A stretch of DNA of 63,928 bases, counting the filler, from Reclinomonas americana ATCC 50394 (taxonomy: Eukaryota): assembly GCA_048213135.1 (NCBI GenBank). It is 11 parts of 11 records of this genome, joined end to end, with 100 filler letters (N's around TTAATTAATTAA, not from the genome) between each part and the next. Parts side by side here need not be neighbours in the genome. Positions count along the whole stretch, not along the records: positions 1 to 14,513 come from AFZH01018686.1; 10 more parts are not named here. One strand, 5' to 3'. Under the pieces are notes generated by a model. That model was not told where the DNA came from. It worked only from the letters and a program-made list of their open reading frames with translations, and ran no database searches. The translations under genes were made by a program, and so were the position numbers. This document shows, piece by piece, positions 1 to 13,260 of this stretch; positions within the stretch are counted from its first letter, which is position 1; each line of letters opens with the position of its first letter.

Positions 1-472
1 CGTTTTCTTTCTCTCTGCATGAGCACTCACTTGTCCATTGGCTGCTTGTGCACATTGACCACGTGCGTTCGCAGACTGTACGAGCCCAGCATGCGCTTGG
101 AGCACAGTTGGCACTGCACACGTCATCATCATCAATGAGTACAAGAACAAGAGAGAACAAGAGAGACAGTCATATCGGCACTCAACTTTAAAGTGCTTCA
201 GGCGCTGATGATCAGTTAACGTCTTGATATCCTGCACAGTGCGCGTGTGTGAAAGAGTGTGTGTGAGTCAACATGCACATGGCCGACTGCTCTCTCTGGT
301 CGTCCATTGCGCAACTTGGAACGCCCGCATGCAGTAGTAGCACACGATGATCGGCTTCTTGTCCTTCTTCTTCTTTCGCTTGCCCATCTTTGTCTCAGTT
401 CCAGCGGAGGCACAACAAAAACTGGTGTCCTTCATGCGTCCTCTCATCCACGACTAGACGTTTATTGCACAC

Positions 473-1158
473 AATGGCTCCCTCAAGGCTGCTGCTCGGC
501 CTGCTCACATTCCACGCATTGTTGCGCACTCTCCACACTCTCTGTCTCTCTCTCTCTCTCTCACGCCTGATTTTGCAGTTTCTTTCTTGTTGGCGGCTCC
601 GTCTTCCACCTGCAACCACAGCTGCAGTGTGAGAGACTCCTCGGTATCATCCATACTCTCCCCTTTCGTCTCCCTCCCCGCCTCTCTCACACACACTGCA
701 CGCGCGCGCACAGAACCACTCGGAAAAACCTTCCCGCCCGACTCGACTTGTCTGGCGTTGTGGTCACACGGCGATGCATTCGGCCTCTTTTACTTTGCCA
801 CCTACAAGTACTGGCTTCTGTTCGGTCTGCTGACTGCGCTCATGGTCATTGCCGTGCGTGACGTCACGGCGTTGCGCTGCTTGCTCGGTCTGTGCATACC
901 CGTTTCGCTCTCCGTGGAAACGCTGACTGACTTGTCAGCCCGGCTCTGTGCTGTGTAGTCGTACACGGGATCAACTACTTGGCTGATGTGGCGTGGGCCG
1001 CTCAGCGTCTGCCCGAACAGGGCGGCACCATTGTTGCTGGCGTGCCGCAGCTGGATCTCCTGCCGCTGTCCGTGCTCGGTGTGGTGGACTTGCTGGTCGC
1101 TGCCTTGGCGCACTCGCGTCGTCGCGATGGCGTCGCCAGTAGCTCCAAGTGCAAGTGA
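473..1158 (+). CDS. Small multi-exon eukaryotic membrane protein, function unknown (approx. exons 473-520, 579-627, 714-886, 959-1158)
   Basis: Hydrophobic segments (MAPSRLLLGLLTFHAL; FGLFYFATYKYWLLFGLLTALMVIAV; LLPLSVLGVVDLLVAAL) are separated by short GT..AG pyrimidine/CT-rich introns. Stop TGA at 1156-1158. Exon boundaries are approximate. Confidence 0.5.
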
Positions 1159-1182
1159 AGGAGTTGTGGTGGTGGATTGTGT

Positions 1183-4100
1183 TCAGGCGGTGTCACCTGT
1201 TGCTTGTTGCGTGCGAAACTCGCGATAGGTGACCGGGAAGCGTTGGACCATGGCACGAAAGGCCGTCTGCGCATGTGCATGTGAGACCACGCGACTCGCT
1301 GCCGGTGTCACTCGCGCGGTGCACAATACCTTGCTGTCGAGTGACACGTCGGCGGTGACGAGCGGGTCGAGACGGAGTGCCTCGCGCCTGCGCGGCAGTT
1401 CCCTGGCGATGAGGTCCACAAAGAACTGTTCACGCGCCTCCCGCAGCCGCTGTCCGTACGCCGCCGAGGCCTCTGCCGACAACTGCTCCAGTGTCACTCG
1501 GCCGCCGGCCCACAGGCTGCTCACGCCCTCGGCCACCGACGTGGCACCGAGCTGCCGCGCCACCATCACTCGCAGAGTTGCATCGAGAGGCAAAGTGGGT
1601 GTGAGATGGTGTGAGTTGTGCGACGACACGCGTCGCAGCGATGCCAACAGCAGCGACGGGTACTGCTGCAGGTGAAGCGCACGCTGTGTCCAGGCACTCC
1701 ACGCCGTGTCCTCGCGCCCTTCCTCCTCCTCCTCCTCCTGATCTTCCTCCAGCAGCACATGCGCCACTGGCACGGGGTGCATGGCCTCAACCAGCACGCA
1801 CGTCAGCGCTCGCCGCACACCCAGACGGTGGGCGTCGGGCTTTCCCTCGCACAGCACGTCCGTCGAGTGCGACAACGAATGCCAGAACGAGTCCATGGCA
1901 TCAAGGGAGGAGCCGGCACGAATCAGCTCGCCAATGACGCGAGTTTTGCGAGCGGCACACCAGCGCAGACCACTCTCGATCCGCCGCAGGCTTCTGTTCC
2001 AGTCACCGACGTGCTCACGACACACATCAACCAGAGTGCCCGTGAAAGCGTCGCGATGCAGCGCCAGGTCCTCCTCCGTCACCTGCGAGTCGTGAGCAAC
2101 TCCCGCGAGCATGCGAAAAAACGAAAGAACGAACCACGACAGGAGCTCGCGCCGCTGCGGCTTGCGCGACAAGTCGCGCCCGAGCAGCTTCAGCCTCGGC
2201 GGCCTCCAATTCCAGCGAGCGGACCAGGAGAGCACGTGCATACTCGACTCCATTCTACATCGACAATCACGTGACTTGCAGCGAAGGGTGACGAACCACA
2301 ACGAGATCACACAGTGAGCGCACCATGCTCTCGGCGCCAACGGGTACCCACGGTGCCGATGGTGTAGGCGGCTCCAGGTCCAGCGCAGCGATCTCGAGTG
2401 GCACCGCCAATTGGTCACCCGCCAGCTGACGCAGCGCGTTCTCATCGTCCGCAGCGACGACTTGAGGTGCGCTGACCTCCTCCGCGGCCAGACGAGGAGA
2501 CAGCGGCGCTGCGGAGGGCATTTCTTCTGACAAGAGGCCGGCACGACGCCGACGGAGGGCCTCTCGCTGCCGCTCGTGCGCCAGTCGACGAAGCGTCTCG
2601 GGCCGCGGTCCAGTCACAGGGCACTTGTCATCCTCCACATTTGCACTGTGCGTGCGTGCAGTCGTCAGTGCTTTTGACGGTGTGTGATTATCCAAGAATG
2701 GCACACGGCTCACGCAACATCATGTCACCAACAGTAGCGTCGGCACCAGCTCTCCGCGCGGCCGCGGTCGCCTCTTCAGCGGCCTTGGCTTGCCGTCTCT
2801 GTTCCTCCTCATGCTCTTTTCTCTCCATCTCCTGCTGCTTCTCCGCGTGAACGAACCGGAGCAGCAGGGCCTCGCCATCGACCGCACACAGTTCTTGCGT
2901 GGCGCGCTTCAAGTCCAGGGGTCCTGCATCGTCACAGAAACCAATAAAGTGAGCGGCCGAGATTCGGGAATGCGGGGGAAATGATGACGCCGACCGTCGG
3001 GTAGATCGGCGACGCCCCATTCGAGCCACACGTCAAAGTACCACTCGTAGTCGGCATAGTCCACCGCGCACACACGCTCGCTCTGTCAAAACCACCCAGA
3101 TCAGTGCGAGCAAAAGATCGGCATCTGCCAGCAGAGTCACACGGAACGAACCAGCACAGTCGGCGGCCCCTCCTGTAATGACGCCAGGAGGCCTTCGAGA
3201 TCACTCAGGGCCCACCACACAGGCAACCACAGCATCCATGAAATGTGCGCTGGCGGAGTGGCCACTTGCACCACTTCAGCAAACCAGCTCCATGCACACT
3301 GTTCGGCTGTCATGCTGCGAGAGCACGAAAAATCAGGCCAGCTGTCTGTGCTGTGTGTGTGTGTGTCACACCAAACGCAACGGCATCGCCAGTCGCAGAT
3401 CGAGTTGCGCGACGGCCCACTGAGAGAACGCAGCCACTTCGTTCACCATCGACAAGTGGTGTTCAGCGATGACAGCTTCCTCTGGCGCGATCATCGTGGC
3501 GTCGCTGTTGGCTGCAATGTCGCGGAGTGTCGACAAGTCGCCGGCAAGAGCGAATGCCGAGTGCAGCTGTGCTGCTTTCTGCATGAACACCAGCAACACG
3601 AAGCGACTGTCAGCCATGCACTTTTGCGAAAGGCGTGTCGAAAGCATGCAGTTGTGCACTACTCACGTCGATCAAGGCGCGACTGTAACACTTGTCTTTG
3701 CTCACTTACATATCTCACTCTTCAGAGGATCTAATTCTTCGTCTCTCTCCTTGTCGGGTCGCTGCTCCTGTTTCCTTCTCCATCTCCCCTTCTTTTGTCT
3801 CTCTTCCCCGCTTCCTTCTCCAACTCGCCTCTTCGACACTCACTCCCTTTCCGTCTCTCTTTCTCCCCATCTCCATGTCTCGCCCTCACCATCTCTCCCT
3901 CTCCCGTTCTCCTGTTTTCTCTCCTGCTTCTCCGGAATCCCCTGGCTATCTCTGCTTTTCTCTCTCTCTCTCTCTCTCGCTTTCTTCTGAACTGACCTCT
4001 TCGAGACTCTCCCCTTGTCTCGTCTCCTTCTCCCCTTGTCTCGTCTCTCTTTCTAAACCTCTTCCGGCTTCCTTCTTCAACTCATCTCCTTCTTCCCTTC

Positions 4101-5420
4101 TCCATGTCCCATCTCTCTCCCTCTGCCGCTCTCCTTCTGCTTCTCCGTATCCCTTGGCTATCTCTGCTTTTCTCTCTCTCTCTTTCTCACTCTCTTTATC
4201 TCTCTCTCTCTCTCGCTTTTTTCTGAACTGACCTCTTCGACACTCTCCCCTTGTCTCGTCTGTCTTTCTAAACCTCTCCCGGCTTCCTTCTCCAACTCGC
4301 CTTTTTCTTCCCTTCTTCATGTCTCGCCCTCACCACTACCGTTCTCCTGTTTTCTCTCCTCCTTCTCCCTCCCCTTCCCCCTGCTTCTCCCTCCTCCTTT
4401 CCCTGCTCCTTACAAACCTCCTCCACCTCCCGCCGAACCACCGCATCCCCCCGACGACGCACATATCGCTTCAGCAGCGCACGACGAAACGCCCGCGCAT
4501 ATGTAAACGCCTGCTCATAGACGCTGCTGGCGCGCTGCTGCACCGCCACAGTCACCGCCTGTTGTGTGGCATGCAACGGCCGCTCGTACTCGGCGCTCGA
4601 TTCGCGGTTGAACGTCTCAGCATCCACGTGCAGCTCCACACTCTGCCATCACCGCTCAGCGCCAGCGCTACTCGCTCATATCATCAACAACACCCACCTG
4701 CATCGCCTTGAGCAGCGCGCGTGGCACTCTCTGCTCCACACTGCTCTTTCTCCACGTTCGCACCAGCAGCGGCCACCAGCGACCGAGTTGTCTCACCAAC
4801 CACCACATCGCGCCTCCGGCAATACTCTACCCAGCAGAAACAATCAATACTGTTCCTTCCCTTGACTCCTCTCGTTTTCCCACACGAGCAACGGACCCAC
4901 AGACTCCACTGCGCGAGGTGCCTCCACCAGCTCCCAGCTCGATTGCCAGTGGTAGAAGAGGACGAAGAGGGTGCCGTCAAGCCCATTTCTCTCTGCAGCG
5001 ACTCCTCTTGCGACTCGCTCAGTGCCGCCTCGCCCACATCGTTGTCTCCAGTCGACTCTCCCGCTCCACTTGCAATGGCCCGCGGATGATGGTCGCGGCC
5101 GGTTGGCGACAGTGCTGCCAGTCGCTGCGCCCACGCCTCCGGTTTCATCTCCAATGCCACCTGCTGATCATCATCTCCGAGTGACGAGGCGAGGATGCGC
5201 GAGTGCAGAGGCTGCGCGCTACCTGTGCAGCATCCAGCGTGAGCTTGGTTTGCATGTGTGAGTGTCTCTGTGTCTCTGTGTGCGCGCGCGCACCAAATGT
5301 TGAGCTGGCATCGCGTTGTGCACGCCACGGTAGGGCGGTGTAGGTGTTGACAGCGGGCCAGCTGAGGCGCTCAGCCCAGTCGCCGGCATTCAGGCGCCAG
5401 CTGAGACCGTCTGCGCTCAT
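1183..5420 (-). CDS. Multi-exon eukaryotic hypothetical gene(s), helical/coiled-coil; may be more than one gene
   Basis: A run of protein-like minus-strand ORF segments (5145-5420, 4684-5328, 4268-4639, 3366-3659, 2688-3029, 2267-2713, 1183-2544) interrupted by intron-like stretches. No family recognised. Confidence 0.4.
3740..4430. repeat. CT-rich low-complexity tract containing an imperfect ~210-bp tandem duplication
   Basis: The unit TGGCTATCTCTGCTTTTCTCTC...TTCTGAACTGACCTCTTCGA.ACTCTCCCCTTGTCTCGTCT...CTTTCTAAACCTCT occurs at ~3943-4084 and ~4155-4300. CATGTCTCGCCCTCACCA recurs at ~3874 and ~4318. Confidence 0.8.
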
Positions 5421-5532
5421 CTCATTTGTGGAAGGCGGGAGTCGTGATCGTGGGACACGGATGAGACCTCACTGTCAGCCTTCCTTCACTGTCTCACGCG
5501 GTGGCGACTTTCCTCTGCTTCACACTCTCTTC

Positions 5533-8500
5533 TCAATACTCATCCTCATAGTAGTCAAAGTCGTCGTATGCATCAGCTGCAGCGGTACTGCGCTTCTCGC
5601 GACGGCGTGGCTGACTACTCGAACCTGCAGCTGCGGTTGCGGTGGTCGATCCGTGGCGATCTGCTCCCTCTCTGCTCACCGAATCAGATGGTCTCGGCTG
5701 CGCGCGACGTCGGTCGTATTCATCGTGACCGGGACGCATCCCGCCTTCTTCGAGCTTGCTTGCAAACGATTCTGACAACTCCCTGCAACATGAAGTGGAA
5801 TTTTGTGAATTCGAACACAGCGTCTAATCCCAACAAGCGCTGGCTGTCCGCAACTCGAAAGCTTCTGTCACGGGGCATGGGAATCCAGGCTGCACCATTA
5901 CCTTCAGCGCAGCGTGGCACTTGCGGAGAATTTTGGCAAATTCTTGAAGATCATGCTCCATGTCCGTCACCTGCCAGTCATCGCACGACGACAAAGGAGG
6001 ACTTTCTCAGTTCACCATGCAAGTAGACACAGATCGGATGTGTAGCGTACCGATACACGAAACGTCTGTGCGACTTGTACCAAGTTGCTGCTTTTGTAGA
6101 ACTCCGTCACCCAAGCCAGCGGTTGCACTGTGAGCGATGGTCAATCAAACAGTTGTGAGGAGTAGCAGAGGTCGACGACTGAATCTGAACTACGCACCGT
6201 CCAGACGCACAGATGGTACGCATTCGACGCCGACAAAAATGTCGTCGCGCACTGACAGCACAAACTCGGACGGTGACTTCTCACCGAACCAATCATCGTA
6301 ACCGACCGCAGCCAGCAGAGGATGGCATAAACCGCGCCGGACTCGGTGCTCGTCAAGGCCGTGCAGCAGGCTACGGCCCTCACCTTCAGGGTGTTCATCA
6401 CCTCTTGCCGACATCAACAGCGGACGGCGGGGAAAGCGAGTCTCGGAGAGTGGCAGCTTGTCGACTGGTCGCAACTCGCCCCGACGATGCTTGGCCCGTA
6501 CAAATCTGAAAACGTAGTCATTGGCGACTTGCAGCACCTCCTCGTTGTAATCCTCGAGGCCTTGCAACAGACTGCATGGCAAGTACATGGTGATGCAAGA
6601 AAACGAGACGATGATCCACGAATAGTGCACACACCTTTCATGAGGCAGCTCCAGAGTCGACAGTTCCGAAGTGCACATTGGACGCGGAAATCGACGCATG
6701 AACAAGAACGCCATCAAGTTCAGCAGCAAGCGAACGCGGCCCTCTGGGCGGAGAGTCACCATCTCGTGGACAAGGCCGCGATTGAGCAAGAAACCGAGCG
6801 CCAGGTTGGCAGGTTCGGTGTAGAAAATGTGCGCGACGAGTCCAGCCGACGAGAGCGGGTTTCCGCGAGCGTCAACCAATCGCAGTCGACGCAGAATCTC
6901 AAGGCTCAGACGGCCCAGCTGATGCGACTGCTCAACTCGCTCCAGGTGACCGCGGACAAAGAATGACGAGTTGATCACCTGGCCGACTAGCCAGCTTGCC
7001 TGTTTGTGCACGCACTGATGAGAACATTGACAGTGGCAGTCGCGAAAGCAGCATCAATTCATCAACGCACCAGTTTGCTATCTCGGGCCTGCCTGGCAAA
7101 CGTCTGCATGCGGAGAACTGCGGTTGGAGTAACCGGCAAGTGCCCAGTAATATCGGCCGTACGCGCAGACATGAGTCGCTGGATGCGCTGCACGCTGAAA
7201 TTGACAAACACCAGGTGCCCAACGCCGTCGCCGCCCGCGAATCCACGGCGGCCAGAACGACCGCTCATTTGCTGGAACATGGCGGGAGTTGCAAACACTG
7301 AGTCCGACAAGAACACGGCAGCCCGCGCCGGCATATTGACGCCCTGTGCCAGTGTGCCGGTGGCCACGACAATCGAAAGCTTGCCCGTTTGGAACATCAC
7401 CTCGACAAGGCGCAGATAGCCCGACGGCAATGAGCGGTGGTGCAGGCCCACCCCTGCAAACGGCACCACAGTTGTCAGTAATCTCACAAGCAGTAAAAAG
7501 GTGCGCAGTCTGCACAGGATACCCCACCGATCTTGAGGGCTGAGAAGAGTCGTTTCACCAGCCTGAAAGAATCGCCAAACTTCTTGTCGCTCACGTCATC
7601 GGGCAGGTTGCCCAAATTCACGAGTTGCTCCTTTGCAATGCGCTCCAAGTCCGCTTTGGTCAGTCGTCGGGTACCGCCAGCACCGAGCAAGGTACCACCT
7701 CGTGCGTCAATGTCGTCAGCGATTGCGATCGCTACGCTCTCGGCCATGCGCCGGGAAAAGGAGAAAATCAGCGCTGGCATCAAGTCTGTCACACCAGCGG
7801 CAGTCGCTGCCTCGTGAATACAGGCAGTATAGACCAGAGCAACAACGACATGACACAATAAACTGACCACGCTCGTGCAAGAGGCTGACCAACGGCAGCA
7901 GCTGTTCCGGCTTCCTATACGGCGCAGAGTCGCTGACAGCCGCGGCGAGCGGGCGGCGGTACTTTTCCAGCACATCTTCCACAGCTTGATGCATCAGGCG
8001 ATTGGCACCACTGACGTCCGCGAAATCCACGTGCACTGGCTCACCGGCACGTTCTTCCTCCCAGTGCACGCATCTGCATAGTGGCACGAGTGAATTCATA
8101 TACATGTATGTCATCAGACAACACGCTGGCACCGGTATGCAAAGTCACCTCCATAGTACGTGTGTAACCTCGCGCTCCCACTGGTGTACTTGTGCACGCG
8201 TTTCATAATCCGACGGCACCGGTGGAACCACAAGTTCGTCGAGTGTGCCGAGGAGTCGGTCAATCAACGGTCCAAGAGCAGGCACGACATCGTCGGCCTC
8301 GAGACGCGCCTGCCGCAATCGGTCGCAGAGATCGTCGCGCAACTCGCTGCAGTGCTGGCGTGACAGCTTGACAGTGGACGGGAAGCGCGACAGTCGTACC
8401 AGTTGTGCAACCTCAACCGCGGCACACGGATGAAACTGACACACATACAAATCAGCTGCTGTCAGACTAAGGACTAGAAGGGCAGCAAATGTGTACAAAC

Positions 8501-11500
8501 CGCTTGAAGAGTGCCTGGAAGTCGGGGGTTCGTTGGCAGCACGTAGACCGAGGGCAGATGGTCGCTGAAACGGTTCTCTTGAATCACAGTCGCAAAGCCG
8601 CGGTACTCGGGGCTCTTGCGCGACTTGCAAACTTCGTGCTGCGGCAAGAAGAACAATACACGGCTGTGAGAGGTACAGGTCTACAGTCGACAGTGAAGAT
8701 TGCCACAAGTACAAACCAGCCAGTCACTGAAGGGTCCCACATTGCCAATGGTGGCCGACATGCCAACGAACGGGCACGGTGTGAGGAGAAGCAACCGTTC
8801 CCATGCTGTATACAAGGCAACCGCGATGAGTGGCTGCAATGCAATGGAGGAGAAAAGCAATGCATTGCACTTGCCTCCATCCTCGCGCATGGCATGCAAC
8901 TCATCGAAAATCACCCACTTCAGGTTATTGTACCAAGAAGAACGAACGGAAGTGGGCGATGTGAGGAGCATCTCCAGGATTGCAGGCACGGTGACCAGGA
9001 TTTGCACGCCAGAACTCTGTGCGTCAGTTCTGTGATTGCAACAGAGCATGAGAAGTGGTCTGCATATATGGCGAAACTAGTGCAGCTCGGCGCACCCGAA
9101 TCGCTGCGAACTGGTAAGCAACGTCACTCGGGATGAGTTTTCTTTGCGGAATCGATAGGCACTCAGTGTCACTGTGTGTTATTTGCAGGATTCAGTTTGC
9201 GATTGTTGTTGCGAGCAAGGCACAATAATCAGGAGGTCGACAAAACCTTGCTGAGCCAGCGCCCTGGTCGGACACACGTATACCTGCGGCGGGCCTGCGG
9301 TTGAGCATGCTGCACCACTCAGCGATGAAATAACAGCGCAATACTCACCACAACACCGTTGTCGTCGGAGCGCAGGATGCGCTCCATCAACAACATCGAA
9401 ATGAATGTCTTGCCCGACGATGTCGGCGCGCACACCAACATGGAGCGATTGAGGTCGATCATGTCCAACATCTTCTCTTGCCACGGTTCCTGTACATGCG
9501 CACTCGTTTGAGCCACATGGAGCACAAGCTCTGTCGAGTAGTGCGCGACATGCACACTCACCGGCATGAAGCCCATTCCCAGTGTCGGATACAACTCCGG
9601 ATGTCGTTCTTGATGAATGCGGCTCAGCTCGACGGCACCGGCAGCTGGATCGTCTTCACAGAGAGCGTACGCAGCTAGCAGCGCAGTTCGACGCTGCTCG
9701 TGCACTCGTCGTGTTTCTTCCTGTTTCTTCCGACTCGTGGGAATGATCTGTGTGAAGCCGGCAAATGTAAGCTCCCATATTAGTCACAACGACATGCGCA
9801 GGTTGTCGCACGCAACGATATCGGGCAATCCAGTTGAACGAGCAGCGATGTGCATCCGAAAGTACGAACGAGCTTCTTGCTTTATCTTCTCTTGATGACG
9901 CTCCATCGTCTCACGAGAGTCCTCCCGCGCACTGCGCAACACCTGCGCATCGCGTCAGTGAGGCACGCTGCAGTGGTATCGCTTTCTGTCTGGCATTACC
10001 TTGCCGCTGTGATAGTGGAATTTCTCAATCCACACACGCTCCTGTGCTCGGTCACCATCGTCCCAGAGGCGAGCTTCCTCCGCGCAGACCACAGCAAGTC
10101 GAAGTCTGGTCGCTGTGCACATGAAGTAGGTGAGAGAATACACAGAGGTTTCGACCAAATCAATGATGCCATACCGGTTGACGGAGTGTTGGGGAGCACC
10201 GATGCGACGGGCAACAGTCGGCGACGCAAATGACCGGCGTTTGCCGGGGATGCCGGCAGTACAGACACGTGCGAGTAGTCGCCTGTTTCGCTCTGAATGC
10301 CAGTGACGTCAACATCGACCGCTGCAAGCGCCCGCAGCATCCATTGCCAGTCTCGAAAGCACTCTGCGTGATGTCCGAAAGTGCTTTCGTCCACTGTTGC
10401 CACTGCAGCAGTGTGCAAAAGTACATGCGCAAATAGGCGACCATCGAAAATGTCGGCGACATTGTTGAGCGTGCCAGCCGTGCATCGCACAATGAAATCC
10501 TGTTCGCGATCAACGTCAGAACTGCGAATGGTCTGTGTGTGCAGTGATATTCACCTGTTCGGTGTCATTAATGCGCAGAGCAATGTCGGCCGCGACCACA
10601 GAAGCGCGCAGAGTGTTGAGAATTCGATCCAAGTGACGAGTGGGGAGTGGCAGTGGCTGCGAGGCGACGATCCATGAGTGACGAATGTCGATCAATTGCC
10701 GAACAGGCGATCCTGACGCACCTCAACAGCCTGCAGAATTCGTTGTGCGAGCGACAGGTGGCGCTGAAGCAAGCTGCAAAGCAGCAGCGCACGAAGCACG
10801 TGTGCCGGCACCTCTTCGCGAGACAACAGCGCCACGGCCACAGCGGTCGCAAGCAGTGCACGTCCACCTCGCTGGAGCGTGTCATCTACCGGTAGCTCGG
10901 CGTTCGTCAATAGTTGGCGATACATGACACAGGCTGCCTCAGTCCATGTCTCGTTCTCGTCCTCGGGCAACTGATTCCATGTGACACTTTTCTGTGCATT
11001 TCGCACGATGCCACTGCAGAAATGAGTGAGCGCAGATCTCCGTGCCTCCATGGTGTCGGGGAACTCGTCATCACTCAGTGCCCACTGCACGTCTAGCTCG
11101 CTCCTGTCGCACATATCGGCCAACGGAAGCGAGCCACTCAACTCGAGTGACGATGCAATCACAAAAGGGACGCGGCAGGCGAAATACATCCACGTGAACT
11201 GATGGTGCAAGTATTCCAGCCACACAGTGTACCGTCGTGGGGACGCTTCCTGAAAACCGCGATCAGATGAATGCAACTTGCCGATGACAACCATACGCGA
11301 GGCACCAACAAGTCACCATGAGTGGATGGGCGTCGTCGACCAGCTTGGATAGCAGCCTGCCAGGCTGCATGATGACAGCCGTGTAGCCGGTGGAGATCAC
11401 ATGCCGAGTGAATGCGATGTCGAACCACGATTCGAAGTGCAGCAAAGCCAACCAGGGATTGTCGATGAGTTTGGGCAGGACGCTACTTAACATACATGTG

Positions 11501-12785
11501 CATGTGAGTGATAAGAAGTACCAGCTGCTTGCTGCATAGCACTCGCGAACCGGTCACGCAGATGCTGGATGACAACCTCACGCGCCAAGCGCCACGCAGG
11601 TGACTGCGGAGGGCGACGGCAGAAAAACACAATCTGGAAGCGGCAGCCGTGCTGAAGCAGGCCCTGAAGCATGACAGTACACGTGAACACAACGATCACA
11701 GCATCCGTACTCAGCGGGATGAGAAAAAGTACAGACCATGAGTAGCTGTTCGACACGGAACACAAGTGTGAGATACTGTCCGCCAGTGATCCACGAATCG
11801 GCAGGTATGGAGGATGCGGCACAGAGAATGAGTGACTCGCTGCGCAGCACACACGAGTCAAGCATGTAAGCGTGTGAAGTACGAGGCTGCAAACATGCCA
11901 ACGCGCGTACCCGTCGAGCATGACGAGGTCGTCGGCCCCCACTCGCTCCACAAAATCAACACGCGCCATCACGCGCCAGTTGCACGTCAGCGACCCAAGA
12001 AGCTGCAGATGCTTGGCTTTGACGTCGCCGCGCGAGGAGCGCGGGAAGTAAGAACACGATTGCCATCACGACCAACAGCGGTACGAACCTTGTTGTTTCT
12101 TTCCTCCCTTCTTTCCCGTGACAGTAACATCAATCTCAGTCGCGGTTGCGGCGTCTGGAGTACAGCCGACGTCCGCATTCTCAATCTCATCACCAAGTCG
12201 CCGCAACCATTCGGTCACCAGAAGACGAACAGACTCATCGCTGGTATCCACAGGCAAAGCTGCAGATGCAGCTGCTGACGGATGCGACTCGCGCAAGGCA
12301 CACACACACGCGTACGCACACATACACAGGGGTTCATGATGTGCAGAGGGCGGCGGCGCAGCCGACGCACTCCACGCCGCACGCAGGCTCTCCAGCTCGG
12401 CGGCCGACGGTAGCGTTGGCAGAGGTGAGTCGGGACGCGCGGATGGCAGCGTATGCAGGGTGTCAAGAACACTCTCCTCGTCGTCGTCGTCTGCAACAGC
12501 GGCGGCCGGGGAATCGTCAGCTTCATCAAAGTCGTCTTCCCAGTCGGCGGGGGCGGCACCGGAAGCGATCGCCGAATCATCATCGTCATCGTCGTCGTCC
12601 CAGCCACTTGGAACGAACGGAGCACTCGGTGCGGCAGAAGCCCACTCGTCATCCTCCTCTTCCCATGCCGATCCTCCAGCCGATGATTCTTTCCCGCCCT
12701 GCCAACACGGTGAGCTCGCGGCATGTGCGAACCAGTGAGAGAGAGAGAGAGAGAGACAAGGACACACCTTAGAAGCGTGTGACAT
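5533..12785 (-). CDS. DDX60-like: DDX60-like Ski2-family DExH-box RNA helicase, multi-exon, apparently full length
   Basis: Motifs occur in order on successive exons: N-terminal DFV..DDLVMLDG, GGQYL and DIFDGRLF; Q/I EPWQEKMLD..CAPTSSGKT; Ia VYVCPTRALAQQ; II IFDELH; III MSATIGN; IV LMPALIFSFSR; GVGLHH..VATGTLAQGVNMPAR; VI QMSGRSGRRGF; C-terminal AWVTEFYKS and VTEAFE|ELSESFASKL, which resemble the DDX60 tail. Example intron 9284-9348 (GTGAGT..CAG). The start at 12785 is inferred. Confidence 0.85.
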
Positions 12786-13260
12786 GGAGTCGTACTCTCT
12801 TCGCGCACGGTGCAAAGGCGAACAACAAAAACGGAGCGGAACACGACAGCCGGTCAATAATGCGGTCAAATCCGACATCATTTCCGGCACCATAACAAAT
12901 ATGCTGTGAAATCAGCCAACGGATACACACCAGTAGTAGTCGACGAACCTCGAACGCCAACTTGAACTGGTGCATTCTGGGGCAGGATTCGTGTCGTGAT
13001 TGGCCAGGTGTTTTCGGACATCGGACAAGGCTGGTACCATGGTGGTCGATGCTGAAGACGGCGCATGGTGAGAACGAAAGGCACGCAAGAGAGTTGAGGT
13101 TGCTGAGCAGTCACTTCACTCTCAGTGACAGTTAGTCGCCTTCTCATCAAGAAGTGAGACAAAAAACCGGGCTCTCTTCGCTTCTCCTCTTGTTTTGTCA
13201 CCAAGAGGAGACAGTCCAGTCTGGCAGGCGCTGCGATTCTCCCTTCCGCGGGCCAGTCGG

